From the NCBI GenBank assembly GCA_018985225.1, contig JADGIF010000593.1, positions 1-6,276 of the forward strand: DNA of 6,276 nt, in the 5' to 3' direction. Each line of letters starts with the position of its first letter. The first letter of the stretch is position 1. Under the pieces are notes generated by a model. It did not search any database. It was given only the letters and a program-made list of their open reading frames with translations, and was not told where the DNA came from. Below are positions 6,161-6,276 of this stretch, piece after piece. A program made the position numbers and the translations under genes. The DNA comes from Amoeboradix gromovi X-113. Its lineage: Eukaryota > Fungi > Sanchytriomycota.

Positions 6161-6276
6161 ATTCTTTGGAGATAAGCCGGTCTAGCTATGCCTTGAATAG
6201 CGTTCCTGGCTACCTTCCAAATATTTCTTGAGGCATTTGTATCTCTGTTCCACAGCCTTGAACAAGTCTTACACTT
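6151..6276 (-). CDS. Fanzor1 (eukaryotic TnpB-family RNA-guided endonuclease), C-terminal 41 aa; gene extends beyond the window
   Basis: Hand translation from 6276: KCKTCSRLWNRDTNASRNIWKVARNAIQGIARPAYLQRIFQ* (TAG at 6153-6151). CxxC, WNRDxNAxRNI (RuvC-III Asp) and G..RPxYLxR are the characteristic Fanzor1 C-terminus. Intactness upstream is unknown. Confidence 0.88.
   Translation of the reverse strand, partial: KCKTCSRLWNRDTNASRNIWKVARNAIQGIARPAYLQRIFQ

Overview
AT-rich, very compact, apparently intron-free eukaryotic DNA, probably fungal or from an early-diverging opisthokont (inferred from the gene content). It carries four host genes: a carnitine acyltransferase, cytochrome c oxidase subunit 5A/COX6, an ATG18/WIPI-type PROPPIN and a La-motif/xRRM protein. 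The intergenic spaces hold a cluster of eukaryotic OMEGA (Fanzor) loci. There are three differently deleted, non-autonomous copies of one IS607-like element (2646-3215 +, 3621-4002 -, 5641-~5978 -). Each keeps a scrap of the tnpA serine-recombinase HTH, a Fanzor2/TnpB C-terminal scrap and a conserved structured right end (putative omegaRNA with a covarying hairpin) followed by a different flank (putative guide). At the window edge, and absent from the ORF track, is the C-terminus of an unrelated Fanzor1 gene (6276-6151 -). It is followed by its own hairpin-rich putative omegaRNA and transposon end, which abuts or interrupts the left end of the third IS607-like copy.
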